This document shows, one piece after another, positions 51,258 to 64,000 of a stretch of DNA of 64,000 bases; positions within the stretch are counted from its first letter, which is position 1, and every line of letters begins with the position of its first letter. Source of the stretch: Blasia pusilla. Lineage: Eukaryota. Location: assembly GCA_050084515.1 (NCBI GenBank), contig CM114271.1:37014001-37078000 (forward strand), read 5' to 3'. The position numbers and the translations under genes were made by a program. The notes under the pieces are model-generated. The model was given only the letters and a program-made list of their open reading frames with translations. It was not told the DNA's origin and ran no database searches.

Positions 51258-54200
51258 ATGGCTGGACAAACAGCCTCCCGGTTTAAGGATTTAGCCAGGG
51301 TTGCTTCGGGCTTAGCACTTGTTGTGAATGAATCAGTGCAGAGGGTACCGGCAATTGGAAAGCTCAAAGCAGGTGATGTTGTCGGCTCCTCAAGCGCGGC
51401 CCTAAAATTTTTGCAGAATACTGTAGCTGACATCACCGGGCTAACTCGAGGGCGTCTTCACAGTTACCCCAACTCTTCTGTGTCCCACATTGTTCGCGAT
51501 AGTAATGAAGGAGTGGATTCCGTGAAGGTTTCTAGATCTGCAATTGAGAATGAGAATGGTGGTTCTGCTGCTACGAGAAGCACAGTTTCACAGCCCGAAG
51601 AGTTGTTCCGCCCTTCTAGCTCTACTGGAGATGGACACACGATCGTGGCTCCTGAGCCGTTTAACGAAACAACAACTCCTTCTTTGAAATCGGAACTTTA
51701 CAATGCGGACTGCCTTTCTGGAACAACTGACTTTTCTTCGAGGCAGGAGACTTTTGAGAGGACGATCGATCCAGGCGCCAGTGAAACTCGCCATGTTGAA
51801 TCCGATGCATCAGTTCCCCCATCCAACCTCGCAGCTCAAGTATTGCAACAAAGCTCTGAGGAGAAGGCCACCCCTTCTTCACCCACGGAGACTGGTGGAG
51901 TGCCAGGTGGGTCGTCCAGGACCAGGATCCCAGGGATTGATCGACCTGTGAAGAAAAGGAAGCCCAGAGAACGGCGCGTGCCTTCCACTCCGATCGGTCG
52001 AGCAATAGGGTTGGCATTTCTTTCACTCTCCAGCTCTCGCTTGTTTCTGTCTGGGTGAGAACCGAATGTTGTTTCCTCGTGGTCAAACTTCTACTTCTCT
52101 GTGAGACCTCTTTCTCTATGGAACAAAACGCAACAGCCTTTGCTGAAATTGCTAAGCTGGTAACCCCAGAGCTGTTCGTCGCGTTCAATAGCCTAGATTC
52201 AACCATAGCACAAAGCTACTGCACTGGTAAGTAACGTTCACTGGGGATCCCAATCAAGTACGGTAGGTACATTGTAAAAAGGCTCTATGTTGATACTTGG
52301 AAGCTTAGATAGATTTGTAAACAGGCTCTATGTTGATACTTGGAAGCGCCGCACCAAACTCTGTATGGTGAGCACTCACACTATGAGAGAAGTCTTCCTC
52401 ATCTCGTATGGTACTTTCTTCACTTCTTCTTTCCCTGCACCCATTCCAGTCTTAAGCACCGTCCAACCAGGGAGAGCTCTTTGGTCGCAAGGCTACGACA
52501 GGCAATCCTTAATGAGTACATTCTCTTCAGCATCATGAAACCTCGCTACTTGCTCACCTGTGCAAACTTCACAACATGGAGCAACAGTCCATGCTGAAAT
52601 TGCTAAGCTGGTAACACCAGCTCGGTTCATCACGATCAGCAGTAGTATAAACTCGCTGCCCTAAGGTGCTGCACTGGTAAGTTACGTGTGTTAGGGATCC
52701 CAATCGAGTAAGGTAGATGGCGGTATAAAGAGCTTCTTGGTGGAAGAAATGCACCAACACTCTGCATGATGAGTACTCACACTTGATCCCTCTTCTCAGA
52801 TGGTGGTAGACAGTTTCCTTTCTCGCATATGATACATCACTTCTTCACCCTGCAACCATCCCTGGTCGTAGAACCGTCAATATCTCCTGTGCCCAATAGG
52901 ATATATGGTCGCAAGGTTATGGCAGGCACTATTTAACATTCTCTCAGTACTCAGTATAACTAGTTAACCAGGCCATGGGGTATATGGTCGCTATGATAGG
53001 CCCTACTTAATGAGCAGTCTCTACAGCACCGTGGAATTTGCAACAAATAGAGCGACAACCTACGATGAGAGTGCTGAGTTGGTACCACCAGAAAAATGCA
53101 TCAAGTTCAGGAGCTTAGATTCACTGTTGCAAGGCAGATGCACTGGTAGTTAACGCCTGTTGTCAAGCCTAATCAGGTAAGGTAGACACATTTGTGTTGT
53201 AAAGAATTCCTTGGTTGATGCTCCGTACCAACACTCAGTATGGTGAGCACTCACACTATATGAGAGTGTGTATGTCCTCTCTTATGGTACTTTCTTAACT
53301 TATTCCACCCTCTCCATCCCACTCTTTGGGACCGTCCAACTAAGCCGCAGTATAGTAGGTTGCAAGGATACGACAGGCACTTCTCAATGAGTACAGCCTC
53401 TCCTAGGCGGAGATGAAACCTCCAGTACTTATCTGGTCACTTGTGCGCAATCCATAATACAAGTAACAACTACCCACACTGAGATTGCTAAGCTGTTACT
53501 AGCAGAGCTCTTCATCACGTTCAGTAGGCTAGATTCACTGCTCAAAGCTGCTGCAATGGTAACGCCTTATGGGCGTCCCAACCAGATGAGGTAGATGGTG
53601 TTATCAAGTGTATCTTTCCTGATACCTGGAAGCTCCCCACTCTGCATGGTAAGCACTCTCACTATGTAACAGTCTCCATTCTCTTATATGACACATTCTT
53701 GTCTTTCTCCACGTCTTCTTTCCTCCCATCCCACTCATCCTCTTCCTTACACTATTTGTTGGTATTACAATTTATGAACGGATCGTCTCAAGTGATAGAT
53801 AACTCAGGTATGAGACAATGGTGAAGTCAACATCATCCTCCTGATCAGCTATTTGGAGGTTTTTTGCCATTTCTTTCACATTTTATCGTTACAGCTGTTT
53901 CTCTGTGTTCGCTTTAGATCTCCATTGACCAACTCGGATGCCTCCCCACGTCTATGTACACTACCTCCTCTGTGGTACCCCTCAACAAATTAAAGTTTTC
54001 CCATTGCTTCCAGCGCAGTGACAGATTCGTAAATGGGAAATATCTTACTGCGATTCCTGGAACCAATAACGGGAAGGTCGTGAAGTGGTCAGTAAGTTCT
54101 GGTAACTCACCATTACCAGGTTGGTTGTTGATTATGTTTTAGAATCAGAGTTTCTCTACAACCTAGCTATTACAAGCACACTTAGTGCAATAGCAACCAC

Positions 54201-57200
54201 TCAGGTTAGATTGTAGAGGAAAGAGCTAGACAACCTGCATCACCAGATCACCTTGCATTCTCAAGCACACTTAGTGCAATAGCAACCACTCAGGTTAGCA
54301 GCAGTAGACATCTCAATAGCAACCACTCAGGTTAGTACTACTATACACCTTGTATCACAAGACTCACTGAACTCCTCAAGTCAGCAGACCTCTCAGTCTG
54401 TAAGCAGCAGCACACTCAGTGCTTAGCACACTGAACTACTAAGGTCAGAAGCACAATCCACTCAGGTAAGCAAAGCACACTCAGTGCTTCTCAATCAGCT
54501 CCTCAGCTCAGAGAGTTGTGTCCTCGCAGGGCACCCTCATAGGGTTATATACAGCCAAGAGAATGGGTTTCTAAGTTTTAGGGTTTTTAGGGTTAGGGCC
54601 TGCCGCCCATAGTAATTCTCAGAATTACTGAGGTAACTCTATGGTAACAAGAAATTACTATTTACTGTGGTAAAACACTAAGTTACTATAGTAATTCTAT
54701 CAGTTACTTTTCACTATAGTAAACTCCAAGTTACTATGTTTTACAACACTCCCACTTAACTGGAGTTTAATATAAGACCCATCTTCTGAGCACATTTGTT
54801 GTGCTTTTCTCTTGACAATGCCTTTGTCAATACATCAGCTGTCATATCCTCTGTAGGACAATATTCTACTTGGACTATTTGCTCATTTTCTTTCTCCTCT
54901 ATAAATCTTCTTCTAATATTTATATGCTTAGTCCTAGGATGATGAACAGGATTCTTGAGAAGACTTATACTTCCTGTATTATCACAATACAATACAGTTC
55001 CATCATTCTGCTTATAACAAACCTCCTCAAGCAATCTCCTCAGCCAAACTACTTCTTGAGTAGCATTTGAAGCTGCCATAAGCTCAGCTTCTGTTGTGGA
55101 CAAGGCAACAGATGTTTGTTGCTTGCTGCGCCAACTGATAGCACCACCACTCAATGTAAATACATATCCACCAGTAGACCTGCTGTTGTCAGGATCATCC
55201 CCAACTAGCATCTGTGAAGCCAGTCAAGGTAGGAAAACATCCTTGTTTCCTGTATTCAAGATACGCATTCTTGGTACCTTTCAAGTACCGTAAGACTCTC
55301 TTTACACATCTCCAATGTGTGAGAGTAGGTTTAGACGTGTACCTGGCCAGTGCTCCCACTGCATATGAGATATCTGGCCTTGTGCAAACCATGGCAAACA
55401 TCAGAGAACCCACAGCACTCTGATACAAATGTTGAAGGTTTTCAACATTCTCATTCTCCTCCTGTTTGTCTGCACCTGTTTTGGCAAGTTTCACCCAGGA
55501 TCCAGTGGAGTAGAAACTGGCTTTGCCTCAGCCATTCTATACCTTGTCAGCATCGCATCAATGTAGTGAGTCTGACTGAGTCTAATCCATCCTTCTGCTC
55601 TGTTCCTCTCAACTTTAGTTCCAAGGATGAACTTCACTGGGCCTATGATAGTCATAGCAAAGACTGAGCAAAGATTGTCCTTTGCTTGCTGGATTTCTTT
55701 CTTACTTTTGCCTAGCAACAGGAGGTCATCTACATAAACTGCAATAAACAATGTACCATTTTTGCAGTAAACACTCAAATCTGCATGAGCTCTACAAAAC
55801 CCCTGTTCCCTAAGGTAAGAGTCCAACTTTTCATACCAGGCTCTTGGAGCCTGTTTAAGACCATACAATGCCTTCTTCAACAAACATGCATTGCCCCTAT
55901 GTCCACCATACCCATCTGGAACATCCATGTAGATGGTTTCCTTCAGGTCTCCATTCAGAAAAGCAGTCTCCACATCTAATTGCTCCACCTCCCAATCTTC
56001 TTCAGCAGCTAGATCTAAAAGCAACCTTATGGAACCATACCGTACTACAGGAGCAAAGGTCTCTGTATAATCAACTTCAGCTTGCTGATTGAAACCCTTT
56101 GCTACAAGACAGCTTTGTACTTCACCACTTCATTGTTAGCTCCTCTCTTGATCTTGAAAACCCATTTGCAACCAATGGATCTCCTCTCTTTGGGAAGATC
56201 AGTCCACTCCCATGTGCCATTCTTTGCAAGAGACTTTTCTCTTGATCAATGGCAATCTCCCACTTGCTCCAATCAGGTCTACTCATAGCCTGTGCAAGTG
56301 TTTGAGGTTCATCCTCTCCATCCATAGTAAGACAAGCTTCTTCATCCACTGAGGAGTGAGCCTGTTTCTCATGATGAACTCCCAACCTGTCAATAGGTGT
56401 TCTCGTTCTTCCGGATCTCCTTGGCAATGTCTCTGCCACTTCTTCAGTTTGTACATCTTCAGAGGTACCTGGTACTTCAGCAGGCTGAAAGTTGGATTCC
56501 TGATGATTCTCCTCAGTTTGGACAACTTTCTGCTTTCTCCTGACATATACCTTCAGATTTTCTGAACGGAATTCTCCACGAGATGGTCTCGAGGTTTGAT
56601 CTGCATCTCTTTCTAGATCAGTTGTTGGAGTTCCTGCATGAAAAGTAATTTGCGGTTGTGATGATGATTCCCCCTCTACTTCAGAAATTTTCTTCTGATC
56701 TCCTTCCCAGGTTTCATCAAACTGCACATCTCTACTTGTGACACACTGTCCAGTCTTTGGATTGTAGAGAACATATCCCTTCAAGCCAGTCTCATATCCT
56801 ACAAAGATGAGCTTTTCAGCCTTCTTACTGAATTTTGATCTTTGCTCCTTTGGGATATGTACGTAAGCTGGACAACCAAAGACTCTCAGGTGGGAGATAT
56901 CTGGCTTCTTACCACTCCAGCATTCTTCTGGAGTCATCCCATTCAAAGCTCTAGTAGGACTTACATTCCTCAGAAAGTTTGCAGTCTTGATTGCAGCTCC
57001 CCAAAAGCTTTTCCTGAGATTTGCATGCTGGAGCATGCTCAACGCCTTCTCTGACAGAGTTCTGTTTAGTCTCTCTGCTACTCCATTCTGAGAGGGACTG
57101 TCTCTGGCTGTGACATCAGCCAAAATCCCCTTTTGTTGCAAAAAGGAGGAGAACTCTTTGTTCCTGTACTCCTTGCCTCCATCTGAGCGAATTTTCTTCA

Positions 57201-60200
57201 CTCTTCTTCCTGTCTGTAGCTCCACCATTGCCACAAAGTTCTTGAACTTATCAAGAACCTCACCTTTGTGTTTCATCAGATACACAAAGCTTTTTCTGCT
57301 ATAATCATCCACAAAGGACACATACCAAGCAGCTCCTCCTAGAGACTTCTGTGTCATGTAACCCCAAACATCTGAGTGGATGAGATCTAGAAGGCCTGTT
57401 GATCTACTCAAAGATTTCTTGGGAAATGACAATTTGTGAGATTTACCCTCAGCACAGGCTCTACAAAAGTCCAATCTACCATCAGCATGTAGTTTTAACC
57501 CTTCCACCATCTTTCGAAGATGCCACAGTTTCATGTTGTTGGAGTTTTCAGCTACCATGGCATCAGCAGCCACCATCGCTTCAACTTTTGTTGTTTCCAC
57601 CAATCGAAACAACTTGTCTTCTGCCACACCCTGGCAGAGAACTTCTTCTCCCTTTTGAAGGATGCATCTTTTGTCAAGGAATAATACAAGAATGCCTTTC
57701 TCTGTAAGCTGATGCACAGATACCAAGTTCTTTGTGAACTCTGGTACATAAAGGACATTGTTTAACATCCCTTCTTGACTATGCTCACTATCAAATTTCA
57801 GGGATACTTTTCCAATCCCAAGCACATGACTTCTATTCCCAGGTCCACATCTGACATACTGTGCACTTGACACAGGATGAAACTCACAAAAAAGATCTTT
57901 GTCATAGCAAATGTGAGCAGTAGCTCCAGAATCGAGAAACCAACCTTTACTTTTGAGAGTGGCCTCCTTGCTGGTAACTAACCCCCACTCTGAGTAATTT
58001 GCATCAGCAACATGCTCAGCAATCATTGCACCCTCCTTGTGAGATCTCTTGATGAATTTCTTCATCTTGTAGTTCTTATTCTTGGGACACTGAGGAGATA
58101 GATGTCCTTTTTCTCTGCAAGTGTAACAGATTCGTGTATCTGTTTTTGTGTCTCTCCTCTCATTAGGAGTCCACCTTGCAGGTTTGAACTTAAAGCGGGA
58201 TAATAGAGCTGAATCTGCCTCTTGATCTTTCTTCCATTCTTCATCCTCTCGAATGATTTGTGTTGTGACGTATTCCCAAGACAGCTCTGCATCCTTGTTG
58301 TGAAGGATTTTGATGATGGTGTTAAACCTAGGAGGTAATGTCCCCAAGAAGTGCAAGATGGAATTCTTGCCTTCAAAGTCAAGCTGTAGTGCAGCTTTCA
58401 CCTTCACCTGCATGGCTTGAACCTGTACCACATGCGCTTGCATGTTCTGACCCTCCTCAAACTCAATGGTTCTGAAATCTCGCCAGAGTTGTAACCCTTC
58501 ACATACAGCAATTTTCTCATACTGACTTTGCAAGATTTGCCAAACCCTCCAAGCTAGACTCTCATCCCTAAGAGTTTCAGCAATAAACCACTCTGTATGA
58601 AGGCAAATGGTAGAGTAAGCATCACCATTGTTGTTTTCAAAATCCTTGATTTCATCGGGTCTTTCACCTCAGAAGACACAAACTCCCATAGTCTCTTCAT
58701 TTGAAGAAGGAGTTTCATTTGGAATGACCAATGTCTATAGTTAGTCCCATCAAAGGTGCTATGGTCAGATTAACACGAGGGTATCCTGAGACATTGCCGA
58801 TATCATGCCATGGGCCCATAACCTTTTAGAATCAGAGTTTCTCTACAACCTAGCTATTACAAGCACATTTAGTGTAGCAACCACTCAGGTTAGATTGTAG
58901 AGGAAAGAGCTAGACAACCTGCATCACCAGATCACCTTGCATTCTCAAGCACACTTAGTGCAATAGCAACCACTCAGGTTAGCAGCAGTAGACATCTCAA
59001 TAGCAACCACTCAGGTTAGTACTACTATACACCTTGTATCACAAGACTCACTGAACTCCTCAAGTCAGCAGACCTCTCAGTCTGTAAGCAGCAGCACACT
59101 CAGTGCTTAGCACACTGAACTACTAAGGTCAGAAGCACAATCCACTCAGGTAAGCAAAGCACACTTAGTGCTTCTCAATCAGCTCCTCAGCTCAGAGAGT
59201 TGTGTCCAGAAAGGTGTAAAAGAATGTAAATTCGCAGGGCACCCTCAGAGGGTTATATACAGCCAAGAGAATGAGTTTCTAAGTTTTAGGGTTTTTAGGG
59301 TTAGGGCCTGCCGCCCATAGTAATTCTCAGAATTACTGAGGTAACTCTATGGTAACAAGAAATTATTATAGTAATTCTATCAGTTACTTTTCACTATAGT
59401 AAACTCCAAGTTACTATGTTTTACAATATTATGTATCGTGGAAGAAAGTTCAAGACATCACTCCAACCACACCGGATTCAGTGAGATTCGTCCATCTTGC
59501 TGGTTGAATCTGTCTCCTGTCTTTACCGTGGTGAACTTCATTGTACTGGAGGAGTCCCATCATCACCATCTAACTAGCAGGTTTCCGATCAAAGGGAACT
59601 TATATCTATACCCGTCAGCCCTTATATTTGCAGTATACTTTCAACTGTGAGCATTCAATCTCTCCTGTTCGTTGTCACCGTGGGGAGCAGGAAACATGAA
59701 TACTATAACTTCATTCTTTCTTTGAGATGATTTTGCATTCAGGCGTGAAACCTTTAACCCTGCTCCTTAACTACTCAGGTTGTTGAGAGCGTGCTCGCCG
59801 AGCGACCACCTAAATTCTGCGCTGTAGGACTTGAGCCCAAATTTTCTTGCAAGACTCCGATAAGAATTCCTCGCTTGTTTCACCTTAGAAAGAGATGACC
59901 ACTTCCAGGATGACGCTGCAAAAGTACGTAGCAAACCCTCAATGTAACCGCTTATCTTAAATGGAGTCAACCTCTGAATGATTCTGTGGACTCTTCTCCT
60001 CGTCTAGCCCCATCACCTGCACTTGATACCCAGAGAGACTCCACGGTACAAGGGACCCTCAGGTAGGATAATGGTATATTGATAAACAGCTTAACAGGTT
60101 GGGTGTTTAACCTTTGTTGCCCATATTGGCTGTCTGCAGCATAGCTTAGGGATCAGGAGAAAAGAAATTAATGAGAATAGTAGCCACACTGAAAGGCAAG

Positions 60201-63200
60201 GCTGAATGAGGAGTAAATTCCCAGACCACAAAAAAGACAATGCCGACGTAGTGTCGTGAATACCTCAGCCATCCTTGGGAGGTTATCTGGGGAGAACTCT
60301 ATAAGCAGCCGTTGGTTGCACCGCATATGCTTGGGATACTACATCTAACCTCTCACCCAATACCATGACAGGTGATGTAATCAATGAGAAAGTATGTACT
60401 TGACCACCATTGGGTAAACTGGAGCTCAATAGGCCCGATTATGAGGAATTGAAACATTAAAATCAACCCATCTGATCGTGTTCTTATAGTAGACTTTTGG
60501 TAGAAACCCATGTAAAGGACAGACCTAGGACGGAAATTTCACTTGAGCTGATCATAGATTTTGACATGAGCATTCCATGAAGTTGTGACACTGGAAGTCA
60601 CGAATTTGTTCTGAATACCATGGACAGGGCTTCTATTGAACTTGCGTTCATCCACTTTGTTACGTGGGAGTCAAGGTACCTATTCTAGTAATCTTCAAAG
60701 AGGAGTAGCTTGGCAGAGCAAGGATGAGGTTTAAGTCGAACTTCTGATGGCAATTTGGAAGGAGTTTGATGACATCAGGAAATGGTTGGATTGACTTCCT
60801 AATGTGACAGGAGCACACTTTTGCACCTTGTTTTTTTATTTGCAATCCTTGTATATGGCAGTTTTGCAGGGTTGGGTGCTGGTCTTGCTTGGGGGGGTCT
60901 TCAAGAATCTGCGAAGCGATTGTGGGGAGGGCAAAGCCCCTCTACATCAGGCCAGTCTGTTCCGTCACCTTTTCTGACCGAACAAAATGCGGAGCGAATC
61001 GCCCTTGCCCTTTGTCGCATGCGTGGGGCTGCACTTAAAGTAGGACAAATGCTTAGTATCCAGGACGAATCTCTGGTACCACCACAGGTAACGACTCTGG
61101 AGGAGGAGTTCGACTGTGATATTTCGATTGTACAACAAGCAGGCTTCCGCTTGAAGATCGATTTTGCATTTCATATTTCTGATGACAAATCACGAAAGAC
61201 TAACGCTCACGTCTGAGGACACGACCTCTGTAGGATGGTTTTGTGGAATTTTTAGAGGTCTAAACTCGTGTTTTTCAACTCTGGTCTGATGTTCTCTTTT
61301 GGTTTGCCAAAGTTAATAACTATATCTTGTCTTAGAAGCTATAAAAGCAAATTGAGCTGCATGACAGGTGCTAGCTGCTCTTGAAAGTGTTCGCCAAGGT
61401 GCCGATGTCATGCCAAGGAACCAACTCAACAAAGTTCTGGACAAAGAGCTGGGACCTGGTTGGAAAGATCGTCTCAATAGCTTTGATTATGAACCAATCG
61501 CAGCCGCAAGCATTGGGCAGGTATCACCTATATCAAGTCCCTCAGGTGTGATCTTGTCCTTTCTGTGCGCGTATTTCGTGCATCATCTTCAGTTTGAGGA
61601 GTCGGTTGGTTGCTCATATGGAATCCCATACCTGAAAAGCAAGCAAGAATTGAACGGATCCGATGAACTCGGTGCCCTGCCTCTCCCAAAGCTCTGTACC
61701 AATAGTCTGCCCTCTGATGTTAAGAGATTTTTTTGTAGGATATCCTCATGCTCTCAGGGATGATCCCCAACCCCATGTTGACTCGAGTGCACTTTGTGGG
61801 TTTCAGTATCGTGTCTTTTGCCAATAAGCCTTGTGACAGAAGTCGTGAAGACCGTGGAAGATTTCCATAGTAAAAGAGAGGTTGGAAGAGAAGAAGTTTC
61901 TGAATTTGCTTGGCTGCTGATTGTACACCTTTGTTTGGCAACAGGTCCACAGGGCAGTTTTGAAGGATGGGCGTGAAGTGGCCATGAAAGTACAATATCC
62001 GGGCGTTGCAAACAGCATAGATAGTGATATCGAAAATGTCAAGCGTCTACTCAGTTACACAAACCTTATTCCTAAGGGACTTTATCTTGACCAGGCAATG
62101 AAGGTGCGAGTAATAGTCCATTCCTCCATGCACTTTCTGTGGCTGTAGCGGTCACTCCGTTTGCACCAAATGTTGGCTAGCACAAATCCGCAAAGGGTTC
62201 ACGAAATGATAGGCTCTAAAACCTTTTTCAGACTCTCCCTTGTGATAATCGCAGGTAGCCAAAGCCGAGCTTGCACGGGAATGCAACTATGAGCTCGAGG
62301 CAGAATATCAGACGAGATTCAGAGAACTCTTGGAGCATGAGCAAGGGTTGCATGTTCCTCAAGTCATTGATGAATTTTGCAGCAAGTGTGTTCTAACGAC
62401 TGAACTCGTCCCAGGCAAGTAATCTGCAAAGAATAAACGAGAAGTCAGGTCAACACACTTATCCCCGACCCAATCCCAGAGTCTGCATCCGCTGCGCTAC
62501 CATAATGTCAGTCTATACGAACGAAAGATCACATTGCAGCACTCTTCCAGCCTCATATCCCTACTCAAATCAGACTCACATTCCCCAGCTCTCAGCTATT
62601 AAAGTTGGATTCACGCTTGGACTGCCATAGTACAGATCGTCACCACTCTCCAGCTTTCTGCTCTTTGACTTCCTTAGTTTTGCTCTATCCTGTTCAGTTG
62701 CAAACTTCACAACATTCTTGATCACTTCATTCATCGATTCTCTTCCTCCCAGATCACTCTACAGCAAGGTCAGTTGTAACTCAGCACTGCAGGCACTCCT
62801 GGAGTTCTCAGCTGATCCTCGCATCCTGGAATAGAATTCCCAGTCCCAGAAGGAGAGGTGCATTTAGGCAGAGATTCAGTAGCGACGTTTAAATCTTCAC
62901 CCTCATCTTACAACGTCACTGGAGATTAACCCTCATATATTTGCATCACTATTTGGAGGCATGTCTGAACTAGATAATAACCATTTCAACAAGACCGGCT
63001 GCTTAACAAAACTCGAGGTCTACCCCCAGTTCTTCAGGATTAATTTGACATGCTGTCTGCACTTCTGAAACTTACGGTTTCCTATTTCATCCTCTTTCGC
63101 ATATGGAACTTGCTACATGGAGACTTGACATATGATGGTAACTATCATCTGGAAGTTTTCCGCGAGTGACTGGATTTCTTGCAAATTACAGGGGTAGCAA

Positions 63201-64000
63201 TCGATAAGGTAGCAAAAATGGACCAGAATGTTCGGAATCGAGTTGGTGCACAGATCCTCCATCTGACGTTGAAGGAGCTCTTTGTGTTTCGCTTCATGCA
63301 GGCAAGTATCTTCAAATATGAGAATCGGTGAAACTATCATACACCATAGAAGTAGGGTCAGTGAAGAACAGAGAAAATGGACGTTTAATATGGACTCGAA
63401 TGATTTGTGAGCGTTGGAATCGGGAGTTGAATCTTTAGAGCCTGTAAGAAACGACGTCTAGGATCAGAGTTTCTGGTGAGAGGCAGGCATGCCGATTTAG
63501 GGTTTAGGGTTTAGGGTTTAGAGAGTATCTTCAAATATGAGAATCAGTGAAACTATCATACACCATAGAAGTAGGGTCAGTGAAGAACAGAGAAAATGGA
63601 CGTTTAATATGGACTCGAATGATTTGTGAGCGTTGGAATCGGGAGTTGAATCTTTAGAGCCTGTAAGAGACGATGTCTAGGATCAGAGTTTCTGGTGAGA
63701 GGCAGGCATGCCGATGTTTACGTCGTCGACACATGGTCATAAATTCGTGTTTTGTACTTCTATTCTGTCAAGACCTTGCGTGCCAACGTGACTTCCGAAG
63801 AAGCCATTATGGTAACAGGATTGACGATGAATCTGCAAAGAATGCAAGGATGATGTGAACAGGTTTATGTTTCTCGTTTGGGCTCTGAGGTGGAGCTTAA
63901 AGGAAGAATCCATTTCAGATTAGTGCAAGTCTGGAAGAGGGAATCCAATCTTACTCCAGTCTGTTGTAACCCTGCAGACGGATCCTAATTGGGGAAATTT
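51258..64000 (+). CDS. ABC1: Mitochondrial ABC1/COQ8 (UbiB-family) atypical kinase, 3'-incomplete. Exons: 51258-52009, 60862-61087, 61368-61520, 61945-62103, 62255-62414, 63192-63301, 63978->64000
   Basis: Motifs [28 protein letters not shown] (KxGQ), [39 protein letters not shown] and [11 protein letters not shown]. Exon phases join in frame. Confidence 0.96.
52120..53700. repeat. About 3.5 diverged tandem units of ~450 bp in ABC1 intron 1
   Basis: GA(A/G)ATTGCTAAGCTG-like starts at ~52141, 52592, 53066 and 53479. The blocks TGCACTGGTA, AAGGTAGA, TGGTGAGCACTCACACT and GCAAGG.TA.G.CAGGCA recur in the same order. Confidence 0.85.
54137..59428 (-). mobile_element. Ty1/Copia LTR retrotransposon, full-length with frameshifts, antisense in ABC1 intron 1
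   Basis: LTRs at 54137-54748 and 58824-59428, TSD TTATG (54132-54136, 59429-59433), PPT AAGTGGGAG next to 54748. Coding motifs are gag knuckle [58 protein letters not shown] and RH STTEAE/TKHI. Confidence 0.97.
58811..58823 (-). promoter_or_regulatory. Primer-binding site complementary to the anticodon arm of tRNAiMet (half-tRNA priming)
   Basis: GGTTATGGGCCCA directly follows the 5' LTR and is complementary to UGGGCCCAUAACC of initiator tRNA-Met. Confidence 0.85.
63305..63715 (+). repeat. ~192-bp direct duplication separated by (TTTAGGG)3TTTAG
   Basis: 63305-63496 matches 63524-63715. The telomeric tract is at 63496-63521. Confidence 0.93.

Overview
This is eukaryotic plant nuclear DNA, probably from a non-seed land plant such as a bryophyte (inferred from gene content, TTTAGGG repeats and TE types). 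The first ~45 kb is a nest of decayed transposons. It is dominated by an unusual Ty3/Gypsy-like retrotransposon whose polyprotein order is Gag - aspartic protease - C5 cytosine DNA methyltransferase (DNMT3-like) - RT - RNase H - DDE integrase - PHD finger. These elements lack a normal LTR pair and tRNA PBS. They instead have split direct repeats (X-coding-Y-X-Y), TGTC...GACA ends, 4-bp TSDs and an internal copy of the joined termini (GACA-NN-TGTC). This architecture occurs three times, in two sequence-divergent families. One full-length but pseudogenised copy lies at 33105-44112 (-). Other copies are nested in each other and in an older Gypsy element, and matching TSDs show they were split by a large inversion. 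A hAT transposase pseudogene and a solo LTR are also present. The last ~17 kb holds two divergent host genes: a chloroplast TPM-domain thylakoid lumenal 15 kDa protein (-) and a mitochondrial ABC1/COQ8 kinase (+, runs off the window). The 8.9-kb first intron of ABC1/COQ8 carries a Copia element primed by a half-tRNAiMet site.
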